The notes beneath the pieces are model-generated. The model saw only the letters and a program-made list of their open reading frames with translations. It ran no database searches and was not told the origin of the DNA. A stretch of 64,000 nucleotides of DNA from Octopus sinensis (lineage: Eukaryota), in NCBI RefSeq assembly GCF_006345805.1, contig NC_043018.1, positions 620,001 to 684,000 of the forward strand, in the 5' to 3' direction. This document shows positions 1 through 12,610 of the stretch, one piece after another. A program made the translations under genes and the position numbers. Positions within the stretch are counted from its first letter, which is position 1; every line of letters begins with the position of its first letter.

Positions 1-190
1 GGGACAAAGAAGGACAGACAAACAGATTAAGTCGATTATACCGACCCCAGTGCGTAACTGGTACTTTATTTAATGACCCCGAAAGAATGAAGGGCAAAGT
101 CGACCTCGGCGGAATTTGAACCCAGAACGTAAAGGCAGACGAAATACGGCTACTCATTTCGCCCGGCGTGCTAACGTTTCTGCCAGCTCA
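1..190 (-). mobile_element. SINE family B (tRNA-like head), cut by window start
   Basis: Reverse complement of the consensus seen at 30007-30239 and 57414-57646, including B-box GAGTTCAAATTCC and core GGTCGACTTTGCCTTTCATCCTTTCGGGGTCG. Confidence 0.85.
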
Positions 191-294
191 ATACAGTACC
201 ACAGTCAATTTGGATTAGTATATTGAGTAATCTTCTACTAAATATACTATTATACCAAATATAAAAGAAATATACAATTGAATATTTTAATACC

Positions 295-640
295 TGTTTC
301 TTTACGACCCAGTGCGTAACTGGTATGTATTTAATTGACCCCGAAAGGATGAAAGGCAAAGTCTACCTCGGCGGAATTTGAACTCAGAACGTAAAGTCAG
401 AGGAAATACCTATTTCTTTACTATCCACAAGAGGCTAAATACAGAGGGGACAAACAAGGTCAGACAAACGGATTAAGTCGATTATATCGACCCCAGTGCG
501 TAACTGGTACTTATTTAATCGACCCCGAAAGGATGAAAGGCAAAGTCGACCTCGGCGAAATTGAACTCAGAACGTAGAGGCAGACGAAATACCACTAAGC
601 ATTTCGCCCGCATTCTAACGATTCTGCCAACACGCCGCCT
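295..640 (-). mobile_element. SINE B head-to-tail dimer with 17-bp TSD
   Basis: Two B units joined at gaaatacc|tatttc (403-416). Flanking direct repeat ttgaatattttaatacc at 278-294 and 641-657. Confidence 0.85.
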
Positions 641-878
641 TTGAATATTTTAATACCAAATGAGCGAAACGGGAGACTCTGCGTAGTTTCTCACAATCCT
701 GAATGTCAGTCTCTAAGTCCCTTTGAAATTATTCTGTCTTAGTAGATAGCTATCAATTTAAATAAAGTCATTGCCACACTGCTAGAATGACGCAGTGGTG
801 AACTGGTAGAGTTATATTGTTGCCGTTTGGGACGAAATAAAATTTTAAATGTATTATATATTAATTGTTAGATATCAT

Positions 879-1035
879 TCGGCGAGATGGCAGAGTCGTT
901 AGCTCGTCGGGGGGAAAATGCTTACCGGCATTTCACACGTCTTTACCTTCTGAGTTCAAATTCCGCCCCACCCCTTTCGGTGTCTATCAAATAAGTACTA
1001 GTTGAACGGTGGGGTCAATCGAATCGATTTAAGCA
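879..1035 (+). mobile_element. Diverged SINE B copy
   Basis: ggcgagatggcagagtcgttag ... ctgagttcaaattccgcc ... aataagtactagttg matches the family B consensus. Confidence 0.7.
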
Positions 1036-1710
1036 ACTCCTCGCAATTGCTGACCTTGTCCAAAAATATGAAATCAGTGTTTTTATGTCATTAATAATTA
1101 TTTAATTTCCGCGCAGTATATCTAGATGCATATTCAGTAATTTTGGCATCACTAGTCTTCCATAGTAGTTTTTTTTTCCGTTAGATCCCAACCACACTGA
1201 ACATGAATCGTTGTAGTAGTCGATATGCTTAATATTTCATCCCATTAGCCAAAATAACTTGTTTGCAATAAAGATGTATCGATACAGCAATTTCTTATCA
1301 ACAACTTGCGTTGGCATAAATAGACCAAAATTGGTCCAATCAAATCCGCTTTTTTTTTTCAGGTTTTTTTGACAGCTATAATAAGAGATGCATTAGCGAC
1401 ATTTTTGCTAGAAAGAGGTTCTAGCCTTGTCAGCATGAAGTTGATTCAAGAATATACGTCTCATCACATGAAAGCTTTAATGCACTGTCGCTATCACAGA
1501 CAAACAACCTGGAGATTTTATCACAAATTTCTATCGTTTTTCGTAACGTGAACTGAATGTTTATTAATACTTTCAGCTAAAGAACTCTTTTCCACATAAC
1601 TTACAGTTCTATAACATTTAATAAAGCAACTAACGTTGAAAATATGGGGCTATACTGACTGTCCATAAACGAAGATTGCGTCTTTATTTAGCAGGTCGAA
1701 ATTAAGTTAA

Positions 1711-1800
1711 AGAAGACACTTGCCCAAGATGCCACGCAGTGGGACTGAACCCGGAACCTTGTGGTTGGTTAGCAAGCAACTTACCACACAGCCACTCCTG
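1711..1800 (-). mobile_element. SINE A head fragment
   Basis: Reverse complement of caggagtggctgtgtggtaag...ggttcagtcccactgcgtggcatcttgggcaagtgtcttct. Confidence 0.85.
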
Positions 1801-1896
1801 TTGAGTCATTTTCTACTAAATATATTTATGATACCAAATATCATATACTTATGATACCAAATATAAAAGAAATATACAATTGAATATTTTAATACC

Positions 1897-2024
1897 TATT
1901 TCTTTACTACCCACAAGGGGCTAAACATAGAGGGGACAAACAAGGTCAGACAAACGGATTAAGTCGTTTATATCGACCCCAGTGCGTAACTGGTACTTAT
2001 TTAATCGACCCCGAAAGGATGAAA
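1897..2024 (-). mobile_element. SINE B 3' half
   Basis: tatttctttactacccacaagggg...cgaccccgaaaggatgaaa matches the family B tail. Confidence 0.85.
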
Positions 2025-2030
2025 TAAACA

Positions 2031-2337
2031 GTGGAGGCACATGGCCTAGTGGTTAGAGCAGCAGGCTCGCGGTCGAGGGATCACGAGTTCGAATCTCAGA
2101 CCAGGCGATGTGTGTGCTTATGAGCGAAACACCTTAATCTCCACGCGGTTCTAGCAGAATGTAATGGCGAACTTCTGCTGACTCTTTCGCCACAACTTTT
2201 TCTCACTCTTTCCTCCTGCATCTTGCAGCTCACCTGTGACGGACCGTCGTCCCGTCCAGGTGGGGAACATATACGCCAAAGAAACCGGGAAACTGGCCCT
2301 TTTGAGCCAGGCATGGCTCGAGAAGGAACAAACTAAA
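2031..2337 (+). mobile_element. SINE family C (tRNA-derived head), tail type 1
   Basis: A-box TGGCCTAGTGG and B-box GAGTTCGAATCTC; head and middle shared with 11805-12193 and 54486-54791. Confidence 0.85.
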
Positions 2338-3059
2338 TGTAATAGATATTTCATCGACTAGAAATTATTATTCACATGACGTATATCGTCTGCAGCTTCG
2401 AAAGATCTTTCGAAAGCACATTACGGATTCTTGAAATACTGTACAAGTAGAATATTTATCCCTTCCTATTTCTTGAAAATAGCTAACCCAGTGGATCTTA
2501 TGAAGGAATTTGTTTACAGATTATAGTTTCATATTCGAATCCAAAAATGTAAGAAAACAAAAGCTACGAAAAGCACATGTACTTGATGACGTTCGCAGTT
2601 GATAAGCAATCTGAAACCAGCGTGCAGGTACAGAGAAAACCTGCCCTCTATAGAGGAGATTAATAACTGAGAAAATGCTAATCTTAAAATGTTAAGATTA
2701 ACGCAGACGAAATACATAGTTGAGAAAAACATTTCTCTATGCTTTGAACGATTCATAATATGAAATAAGCAGTTCGAAGATGAGGTGGATATAATTCATT
2801 GGGCAGATATTTTAAGAAAGATCATATCCGAAACCTTCCTTCTTTGTTCCTTGTGTAATATTTCCTTTCTTTTCACAATTCTTTACTTCTACCCGTATCT
2901 TCGTCATCGCGTCTCATTTACATTTTGTTACATTTTCTGTTTTGCAACAGTTTTTCTTTTAAAGAATTTAACATAATTTATATTTGTGAAGTCACTTGAC
3001 CGAGTGACCGAAATATCAGATTCTCAATGAATACGGTGTAACATATATCCCACTGCTGG

Positions 3060-3156
3060 TCATACCAGACACACACACACACATACACTCAACACATCTC
3101 TCTCGCTCTCATCTCTCTCTGTATATATATATGCATATATATATATATATATATAA

Positions 3157-3209
<53 letters not shown>

Positions 3210-3219
3210 CATACATACA

Positions 3220-3267
<48 letters not shown>

Positions 3268-3335
3268 TTAATATAGGTATACATATATGTATATGCATGC
3301 ATCTATATATTTGTATTCGACAGTGTGTGTGTGTC
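3060..3335. repeat. Compound (CA)/(CT)/(TA) microsatellite, representative of dozens in the window
   Basis: Directly visible dinucleotide arrays. Similar arrays at about 4480-4530, 9050-9410, 19560-19730, 27990-28300, 29040-29350, 31400-31720 and 34330-35010. Confidence 0.95.
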
Positions 3336-4495
3336 GTATTTGTTAACTGAAGGATAAAATGCACTCAGACATACGCACCGAGGATAAAATTGCACTTACA
3401 AGTTATTGAGTAGCCCGAAGCTATACGAAAAGGCACTTAGCCATGTTGATATAGATTAGATCGAACCTCGAACTAAGTGACTGAAAAGAGGAGCTCCTAA
3501 CTACACCTGTATGCTCACGCATAAATGATATTTTCAAAAATCGTTTTTTCCTCCTTTTTTCTTTATTTAGTAACATTCTCTTCTTTATCTTTTAACATCT
3601 GTGTTTATTTTCCCTAAGTCTTCACAGTCTTCGTTTTTTTTCCTTTTTCTCTTGTATTTCATTTTGATTATGTTTCTTCTGAGACTCCATTTTATTTTTT
3701 CCCTCAATTTTTCATATGTAGTATTGTAACCAAACGCTTTCCAATAGATTTATCACACTTTCTTATTACCCCTCGCCCCTTCACTCTTTCTGACGTTTAG
3801 TTCCTGTCTGTCACCCTTAAACCCACATACTACTCACACAGACACGCGCACACAAGCTTATATACTGATATGTGCATACAGGAACATTCCCAATATCCCT
3901 CTGACGTTCCAACACTCTCTTTCGCCCTGAATCTGTTTGTCTTTCACTATGGCTGTATCTCTCTTAGAGTTACTTTCTTTCTTTCAATCACATTTTCTTA
4001 CTTTTTCCGTTATTCATTACTTGTTTACCCCCTCCAGACATACTACTTCTCCTTCGCACTGAAATCATCTTTGCAAAGTGTTATTGCTTTACAGAATTTA
4101 AAAAAAAAACGAATCGAAACAGTGCAAGAAAGAACAACAAAATTCAACACTACACAAAAAGAATCCGATCTGGTCATTTCATAAAATCATTAAAAAATAC
4201 CGAAAAAAAATAAACAGCAACAACAACAACAACAACAACATCAGCAAAAATAGGAGCGTAAATGAATGGTAAAATGACGAAAATAGCTAAAACTATAAAT
4301 GCGTCACTTGAACGCAGCAGAAAAAACTGAAGACGTTTGAAGTCAAGGCGTCCAATAAAGATGTTGTTGAAACTCAGTCGACATGGAAACTGGGAATACG
4401 AAAGGCGGATAAAACAAAGATTTGTTCTTCTACACATTCACACATGCAAACAGGCATGCATATACAAATGTATTCAACCATTAACATCATATATA

Positions 4496-4533
<38 letters not shown>

Positions 4534-4552
4534 TAATAAATAAAATATATGC

Positions 4553-4731
4553 ATACATACAAACATATATGTACGTAGCTACATCTACATGTATATATAC
4601 ATGCATATATAAATATATATAAACGTGAGTACAGGACACCACAACTAGACGTAGAACTCAACGAGAAACGAAAACGGAAAAAACATTTTTTTTTACAACA
4701 GAAAAATAGAGTACAGGACATATGTATTTCG
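4553..4731 (-). mobile_element. Repeat family H copy 1 (PLE terminal-repeat-like) with the 3' half of a hammerhead
   Basis: Shares tacaaacatatatgtacgta...acgtgagtacaggacaccaca...agacgtaga with 32729-32950. Minus strand 4731-4713 reads CGAAA-TA-CATATG-TC-CTGT. Confidence 0.55.
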
Positions 4732-4734
4732 TTT

Positions 4735-5129
4735 ATTATTTTTGTTTCAGTCATTTGTCTGCGACCATGCTGAATCATCGCCTTTGGTAGAATAAATCGA
4801 CCACAGGACTTATTCTTTGTTAAGCCTAGTATTTATTCTATTAGTCTCTTTCACTGAGCGGGTAGTTTACGGGAACGCAAACACACCAGCATCGTTTGTC
4901 AAGCCTTGGTGGGAGGGAAAACAGAGACACTAACATACACACACTCACACACACATATTTGTACTAACGACGCGCATTTTTCAGTGTCCGCCTAACAAAT
5001 CCACTCACAAGGCTTTGGTCGTCCTGAGGCTATAGTAGAAGACACTTCTCCAAGTTGCCACGCAGTGGGATCTAACCCAGAACCATGTAGCTGGTAAGCA
5101 AGCTACTTATTACACAGCCGCTCCTGTGC
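4735..5129 (-). mobile_element. SINE family A, near full length, diverged
   Basis: Reverse complement of the family A consensus: head, internal microsatellite, and tail gtttcagtcattt. Confidence 0.85.
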
Positions 5130-5157
5130 CAGTATGTATATATATGTCTCTAATTTA

Positions 5158-5204
<47 letters not shown>

Positions 5205-6289
5205 TACCGAGATTTTAATCCATTCTTGTTGCTTTTTTCCTATATATATATATATATATATATATGATTGAATAAGTGGAGTCAACAAGAAGTACAGAGG
5301 AACATTTATTTGTAACCACTTCAATTGTTTCCACGGAACGTACTTCTCCAGGATCGAAGGTATGAGATCTTGTGTGTTCCTCGGGTGATATATAATAAAT
5401 ATTATTTCTGTGTTCCGTAAATTGCAATTCTCAGCTTCGATCGCGTCCTTTCTGTCTGTTGTGGCTTGCTAGATAGTAGTAACCACTAAGGGTATCAAAA
5501 AATGTGCTGTGGTTGAAAGTCTGTTGATAAAACAGCCTTAAATGTATTGAGGGAATAGTGAGGTGGGTATACTATGGAAGGTAATTACTGAGGTCCATAT
5601 GAATAGGAATGTCATTCTGTTTCTTTGTACTGCTGATTTATCCTTCATGGTTGGTTACACTTGTCATTCTCCTTGGCTGACCTGCAAGAATTCACCGGTC
5701 ATTCAGTTCATAAACTTGTACACATACACCGATCTATATACATCTACATACATACACACCCATATATACATATACATAATCTCTCACAGGCATATACATC
5801 TATATACATACTGATGCTCGAACCCCCCCTCCCTCCCACACACACATACACATATACAAATACAAGCATGCACGCGCATACGTACTCACATACGAATATA
5901 TCATTAATTAGGGTACAAAAAAAAATTTTAGAAAAATTCTGGAAAAAAATTTTAGGGTAGCAAAAAAAAAAAAATTAATAAATCTTAGGGTAGCGGAGAA
6001 TTTTTCTAAGATTTTTTTTCCTACCCTAATATTATTTATTAATTAATGATAAAAGCACATACAAATATAAGTCGATTAAATATGTAACATTTGGGCACTA
6101 GAATCAATGTAATCGACTTGTACCTTCCCTTACTACAAAACTTTGAAACGAATATTAGGAAATGCATTCGCAACCATCAAATATATTCGTAGTGACTAAC
6201 ACCGTGTTATTTATTATAGTTTGAGCAGAGTGAATTATAAGCCATTATAGAATATTTGCAACAATGCAAGACAATTCAGTGATATAAAT

Positions 6290-6381
6290 AGAAGGGAAAT
6301 CATCAGGTATAAACCTAATTTTGTTAAAATGCCGTTTCTCATACAGTACAGCAGGTGAATCTAATACATAAGCACTTTCCA
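6290..6381 (+). pseudogene. Penelope-like element ORF fossil (post-RT linker region)
   Basis: Frameshifted translation RREIIRYKPNF...NLIHKHFP resembles the PLE motif RRR.I.WFNPP.S......FL.LI.KHFP. Recognised from memory, not from a search. Confidence 0.45.
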
Positions 6382-6674
6382 GCAAGGAGAAATAACTCTA
6401 ATACGTCAACAAATATTACAGGGAGATTTAGACAAAGATTTAAAGATAAGCTCTTTATACCAGCCAAACATATGGTACACACGTATACACAAAGTTGTCT
6501 TAGTTCCCATCTCCGAGTAATTCTAACATTCACGATTTCTTGTCGTCAACTCCAACGCCATAATGCTACAACACTAGCATATCGAGTCTAATGTCTACCT
6601 TTCGTGATACAGAAGAAAAAAAACACAAAAAGCAAAAATAAACACAAGTATTTCATTGTTAACTGTAACTATTT

Positions 6675-6899
6675 TGCTTTTTTGTCAGTATGTGGCCATG
6701 ATGGTGCACCATATTTAGTCGAACGAATCGGCCCCGGCACGTATTCATTGTAAGCCTAGTACTTATTCTATCAGTCTCTTTTGCCGAACCACTATGTTAC
6801 GGGGTACTTATACACACCAATATTAGTTGTCAAGTGATAGTGGGGAGACAAGCACAAACACAAAAATACATACAAATGTATATATAAATTTATCAACTA

Positions 6900-6933
<34 letters not shown>

Positions 6934-7093
6934 TTAGCTACTACACAAATGTTTTTTCTGTGTATCTTTCTGTAAAAGAGCGTAGGCTGGAAACGTGAAG
7001 TATTTTTTCTATTCCTGAGATCTATACTAATACATCTGTTTGTTTGTACACCACCTGCCTTCGTCTTTTGTTTAGTTTCGTAAACTTTCCCTT

Positions 7094-7148
<55 letters not shown>

Positions 7149-7308
7149 TTAGCTACTACACAAATGTTTTTTCTGTGTATCTTTCTGTAAAAGAGCGTAG
7201 GCTGGAAACGTGAAGTATTTTTTCTATTCCTGAGATCTATACTAATACATCTGTTTGTTTGTACACCACCTGCCTTCGTCTTTTGTTTAGTTTCGTAAAC
7301 TTTCCCTT

Positions 7309-7352
<44 letters not shown>

Positions 7353-7514
7353 TACATGGCGGGCTTCTTTCGGTTTCTAGTTACTACATCCACTCAAAAG
7401 GCTTTGGTCAGTCTGAGGCTATAGTACAAAACACTTGTCTAAGGTGACACGCAGTAGGACTGAACCCAGAACCCTGTGGGTGGGAAGCAAACTTCCTACC
7501 ACACAACCATTCCA
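6675..7514 (-). mobile_element. SINE A split by insertion of the HHR-element dimer into its internal (TA)n
   Basis: 3' half at about 6675-6870 and head half at about 7356-7514 flank the insert at 6931-7308. Confidence 0.75.
6931..7308 (+). mobile_element. Tandem dimer of HHR element subfamily F2 (degenerate hammerhead)
   Basis: Identical 163-bp units at 6931-7093 and 7146-7308, separated by (TA)n. Core reads TCTTT CTGTAAA A GAGC GTAG GCTG GAAACGTG, homologous to 47893-47930. Confidence 0.8.
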
Positions 7515-7951
7515 CCATCTGAATAAAGATAGAATAATAAACCACTTTATATCTTAGACATGCTCCTTTTTCAGCAAAGGTGTTCTCTCGACATACAGAA
7601 TATAGAAACACGACACTGTTGTCTAAATCTGCTTGAAGTAGGGATAGAATTCATAAGTAGAAGAAATAACCATTCAACGCCAAAGAATTCCAGCTTTTAT
7701 ATAATAACTAAAGAAGGATCGCATCAGTCCAAGATTATTGCGATACGTTTCGACATCTTTTAGGATATTCCTATCGCACACGCATAACATTGGTGAATTT
7801 ATTAACATCATCAAGAAATATAAAGACATTTTTAAAATATCATGAATATTTCAGTACTCTCATTTAAATGAAACAATAATAATCACCAATAAACTTTACT
7901 TATACAGAGTAATATATTTTAGTAAATGTGTTTAGTCTATATACATACAAT

Positions 7952-8115
7952 GGGCGCAGGAGTTTCTGTGTGGTAGGTAGCTTGCTTACCAACCACACAG
8001 TTCCGGGTTCAGTCCCACTGCGTGGCACCTTGGGCAAGTGTCTTCTACTATAGCCTCGGGCCGACCAAAGCCTTGTGAGTGGATTTGGTAGACGGAAACT
8101 GAAAGAAGCCTGTCG

Positions 8116-8148
<33 letters not shown>

Positions 8149-8352
8149 CTGTGTTTGTCTCCCCAACATCGCTTGACAACCGATGCTGGTGTGTTTACGT
8201 CCCCGTTACTTAGCGGTTCGGCAAAAGAGACCGATAGGATAAGTACTAGGCTTACAAAGAATAAGTCCTGGGGTCGATTTGCTCGACTAAAAAGGCGGTT
8301 TCTCCAGCATGGCCGCAGTCAAATGACTGAAACAAGTAAAAGAGAAAGAGAG
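7952..8352 (+). mobile_element. SINE family A, full length
   Basis: B-box GGTTCAGTCCC, CORE-like ccttgggcaagtgtctt, internal (TA)n(TG)n, tail cagcatggccgcagtcaaatgactgaaacaagtaaaagag. Confidence 0.9.
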
Positions 8353-9085
8353 TTGTAACATTTTCTTACGGAAAATTCCTCCAAGAGATATGCACGTTGA
8401 GAACAGAGTCTTGTACGTAAAAATCGCAGAGCTTTGCCTACAATGCTGTATTGTATAACTAGCCATGCTGTTTCGATATGACGTTCTTTCCTCGGTGGCG
8501 AATTCCCAGACTTCATGGGCCTAAGCTGAACAATGGTTGTTAACCATCGGTAACATGAAAAACATCAATTTGTGCGAAAGGTACAAGCTTATAAGAATTT
8601 CAATTGATGTTATGTTTTACATAAATATACTTTCACCTTCTTTTATAAGCTTCCACACAGAACACGTCTGGTTTCGGTATTTTGCAATTCCTGTCATATT
8701 CTCCTATAGTTCTAATATTTTTCAAATGTTTTGTTAATTGTCAATATTAATTACATTTCATTGTAAGTATACATATATTCATTTTTTTTTTAATTTTCGC
8801 AATATCATTATTTTTAATGTTTTACTCATTAATTCTTAATTCTCAGCGTTAATTATGTTGTTAAATTTATCACTAAAATTTAATTTTATCTCCTAATTTT
8901 GAAATCGACTCCATTCACGCAAATACATACGGGTGCGTATGCATGTCGGTCTCTGATGCAGTATGAAATAGATGTATGTTTTTATACGTCAATTAAGTGT
9001 GCGTGTATGTTAGACATTTCTATATATACATTCTATATATACATTTCTACATTCATTTGTCTTTATGTTTATAAATATATACATA

Positions 9086-9120
<35 letters not shown>

Positions 9121-9267
9121 ACATACGTACATATATATGTACATATATATATATATATATATGTATATCTACATACGTACATATATATGTACATATATAT
9201 ATATATAATATATATATATATGTATATATATATACATACATATATACATATGTGTGTATATATATAA

Positions 9268-9315
<48 letters not shown>

Positions 9316-9328
9316 GTATGTATATATA

Positions 9329-9360
<32 letters not shown>

Positions 9361-9948
9361 GCATGCAGACAGACACACGCACAGAGGCACACACACACAC
9401 ACACACACATACATGTACTAACTCATCGCACTTGCACATACGAAACACGCATATGCGAGTATCGCAGACTTGACTAATAAAAATTCTGTTTTTCTCCTTT
9501 ATTTTCATTTATATTTTTCAGTCATATTATTCAGTGAACACATCTGTGAATTCCAATTAAATATTAAACATTGTAAGACAGATTACAAAGGACTCCTCGA
9601 CAATGTTCCCTGAGGCAACGTAAAATCTTCAACGAAAATAGCTTCAAATGGATAACGATCGTCTTTTGTTACGGATAGGACTTGCTTAATATAATGGGAT
9701 ATTGAACTGCGTATGGTATAGTTAAATATAATAGTGTCGTTTCGGAGAGTATAATTTGCAGATAGCTTTAAATAAAAATTCTGTTGTATTGGAAGCTGAT
9801 AATTGCTCTGAATGTTCTATACTAATACAATGCTTTTTCAGCACATTTCACGAGATATACTCGAAATTTATATTGGACACACACACGTACATAATTACAA
9901 TTAATTATTAATTAATTAAATTAATTTATACACACTCACACATATATA

Positions 9949-10520
9949 AAACTAACAGCAGAACTCGAAGCAATTCAGAGAAGCTACACAAAGAAGATCG
10001 TCTCAATGCAAAATATCAGCTACTGGGAAAGACTGAAAGTATTAAACCTCTTCTCCCTAGAGCGGAGGTGGGAGAGATATGCGGTGATATACATCTGGAA
10101 AATCCTGGAGGGTCTTGTCCCAAACTTTGGCAATCAAAGTTACCTCAACCGCAGAACGGGGCGCCACTGCATGGTGCCAAAGATTCCAACATCACCATCA
10201 AAATACAGGACTAGATACTGCAACAGCTTGGGTTTCAGAGGACCACAGCTCTTTAACATCCTCCCCAAATGCCTGAGAGACTAACATGGTGTGGATGTGG
10301 GTTTCTTTAAAACTTAACTGGATCTCTTCTTGTCGGGAGTCCCAGATGAGCCTACCTCACGACAAGAGACGCAGATGCGGGCAGCAGCATCGAACTCCCT
10401 TGTTGATCAAGTGCCACTTATCAGAGGTGGATTCACATATTAGTGTAGCTCATTCAGCGGTGGTGCCCCAGCATGGCCGCGCCTTTCGGGCTAAAACATT
10501 TTAAAGGATTTAAGGATTTA
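9949..10520 (+). mobile_element. 5'-truncated CR1/L2-group LINE: C-terminus of the RT ORF plus 3' UTR
   Basis: ELEAIQRSYTKKI...SYWERLKVLNLFSLERRWERY...YIWKILEGLVPN...GPQLFNILP...AAASNSLVDQ. Two premature stops, terminal TAG at 10441-10443, tail (AAGGATTT)2. Confidence 0.9.
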
Positions 10521-10900
10521 TATGTGTGTATGCACGCCCGAGTCTGTTTTATATCTAATGCATAAAGAATTCTATGTTTGGTGTTGACGAAGCCCATTTA
10601 TCGTGGCTTCTATCTCTTTTGTTTAAATATTATTTTAAAATTTTGGCTAAAGTTCAGTAATTTCCACGGAATTACATCGGTTCCAGTGCTCAATAGGTAA
10701 TTCATCTATGGGTCCCGAAAGGATAAAAGGCAGAGATACTCCCGATGCAATTTGAACTGAGAACGTAAGAATGTATGAAATGCAGCTAAGCATTTTGCCA
10801 AGCGTGCTAAAGATACTGCCATCTCTCATCCTCAGTTCATCTTTAAACGGCAAAATGTCTGTGTATCTGTGTGTCCTTTATACAAATCCACAGATTTCAA

Positions 10901-11056
10901 GCGCAGGAGTGGCTGTGTGGTAAGTAGCTTGCTAACCAACCACATGGTTCCGGGTTCAGTCCCACTGCGTGGCATCTTGGGCAAGTGTCTTCTGCTTTAG
11001 TCCCGGGCCGACCAATGTGAGTGGATTTGGTAGACGGAAACTGAAAGAAGCCTGTC

Positions 11057-11116
<60 letters not shown>

Positions 11117-11325
11117 CTGTGTGTGTGTGTGTATGTCTGTGTTTGTCCCCCTAGCATTGCTTGACAACCGATGCTGGTGTGTTTATGTCTCCGTTACTTA
11201 GCGGTTCGGCAAAAGAGACCGATAGAATAAGTACTGGGCTTACAAAAAGAATAAGTCCCGGGGTCGAGTTGCTCGATTAAAGGCGGTGCTCCAGCATGGC
11301 CGCAGTAAAATGACTGAAACAAATA
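10901..11325 (+). mobile_element. SINE family A, full length
   Basis: Matches the family A consensus end to end. Confidence 0.9.
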
Positions 11326-11382
11326 AAATTTTAAAAAATATTAAAAAGGTTCGCATTTTCTATGGGCTTTCAAAACTGTCTA

Positions 11383-11609
11383 AAAGCAAAAGCATCATCA
11401 CTCTGTAAGTAAGCTATTTATTTTGCTCTGCTCCTTCATTGAAATTGAAACTGAGAGGAACCTGATTACTTTCGACTCATATTTCTCTCCTTATGAAAGA
11501 GGTATAATCTCGTTCTCCGTTCAAAGTAATATAGATATATATCTCATAATGTCTTATCTAACATATTGTTTCCAACGACCATCAACTTTTCCTTGTCGCT
11601 TATCAGCAG
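11383..11609. repeat. Dispersed repeat G; uninterrupted paralog of the Helitron insertion site
   Basis: Reverse complement matches about 15990-16063 joined to 16956-17112. Confidence 0.85.
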
Positions 11610-11804
11610 GTCAGCTGAGATTGTGTTAGTGCACGAGTTGACCTACGAACACTGGAAATTCTTGACCGTATGTTCTTTGTTTTTCAAACAATTTTCAAAA
11701 CAGACCATTAGTGAAAAATCATATAAAACTGGTCGAGACACTACTTTAAACGAAAATTCAACACGTTGGGACTCAATAAGAAACGAATGTATTCAACACC
11801 GTGT

Positions 11805-12193
11805 CTCTTTTATCACTCTGTCGGTAACGACGATGAGGGTTCCGGTTGATCCGAATCAACGGAACAGCCTGCTCGTGAAATTACCGTGTAAGTGGCTGAG
11901 CACTCCACAGGCACGTGCACCCTTAACGTAGTTCTCGGGGATATTCAGCGTGACACAGAGAGTGACAAGGCCGGCCCTTTGAAATACAGGTACAACAGAA
12001 ACAGGAAGTAAGAGTGAGAGAAAGTTGTGGTGAAAGAGTACAGCAAGGATCACCACCAGCCTCTGCCAGAGCCTCGTGGAGCTTTTAGGTGTTTTCGCTC
12101 AATAAACACTCACAACGCCCGGTCTGGGAATCGAAACCGCGATCCTATGACCGCGAGTCCGCTGCCCTAACCACTGGGCCATTGCGCCTCCAC
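11805..12193 (-). mobile_element. SINE family C, tail type 2, with 12-bp TSD
   Basis: Head gtggaggcgcaatggcccagtggttagggcagcggactcgcggtc. TSD tcaacaccgtgt at 11793-11804 and 12194-12205. Confidence 0.9.
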
Positions 12194-12610
12194 TCAACAC
12201 CGTGTAGATGTTCAGCGAATAAAATTCATTCGAAAAGAAAACACTTAAGATGGCTTGCAAGTTTACTTTGCCATATCAGGAAAAGAAATGACCAAAGCTT
12301 TATGGAATACACACACCTGCAAAGATTGGGGAATTCTTCGAAGACAAAATCGAAAATGAAATGAAATGCATATATTCACTTCTGAGAGATATTTTCTGGC
12401 ACTAATGATTGAACTAGTGAATGTTTATTTACAGGTACGAGAACAGTTGCCATGCGTTGGAGTGAGGTTGGGTGAAATACAATTTTAAAAACGCCCTCAC
12501 GCGCATCAACCGCACAAAAATACGACGGGTTTTTATAATTTTCATTTACAAAGCGCTTTTCGGTTGGAGATTAAGAAGGTCACTTACACAAGTTGTCGCG
12601 CAGTATTGAG

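Noticed and set aside
7952-8030. tRNA-like heads with A and B boxes as real tRNA genes
   Set aside because: Each runs directly into a SINE body and tail, and no complete acceptor stem is evident.
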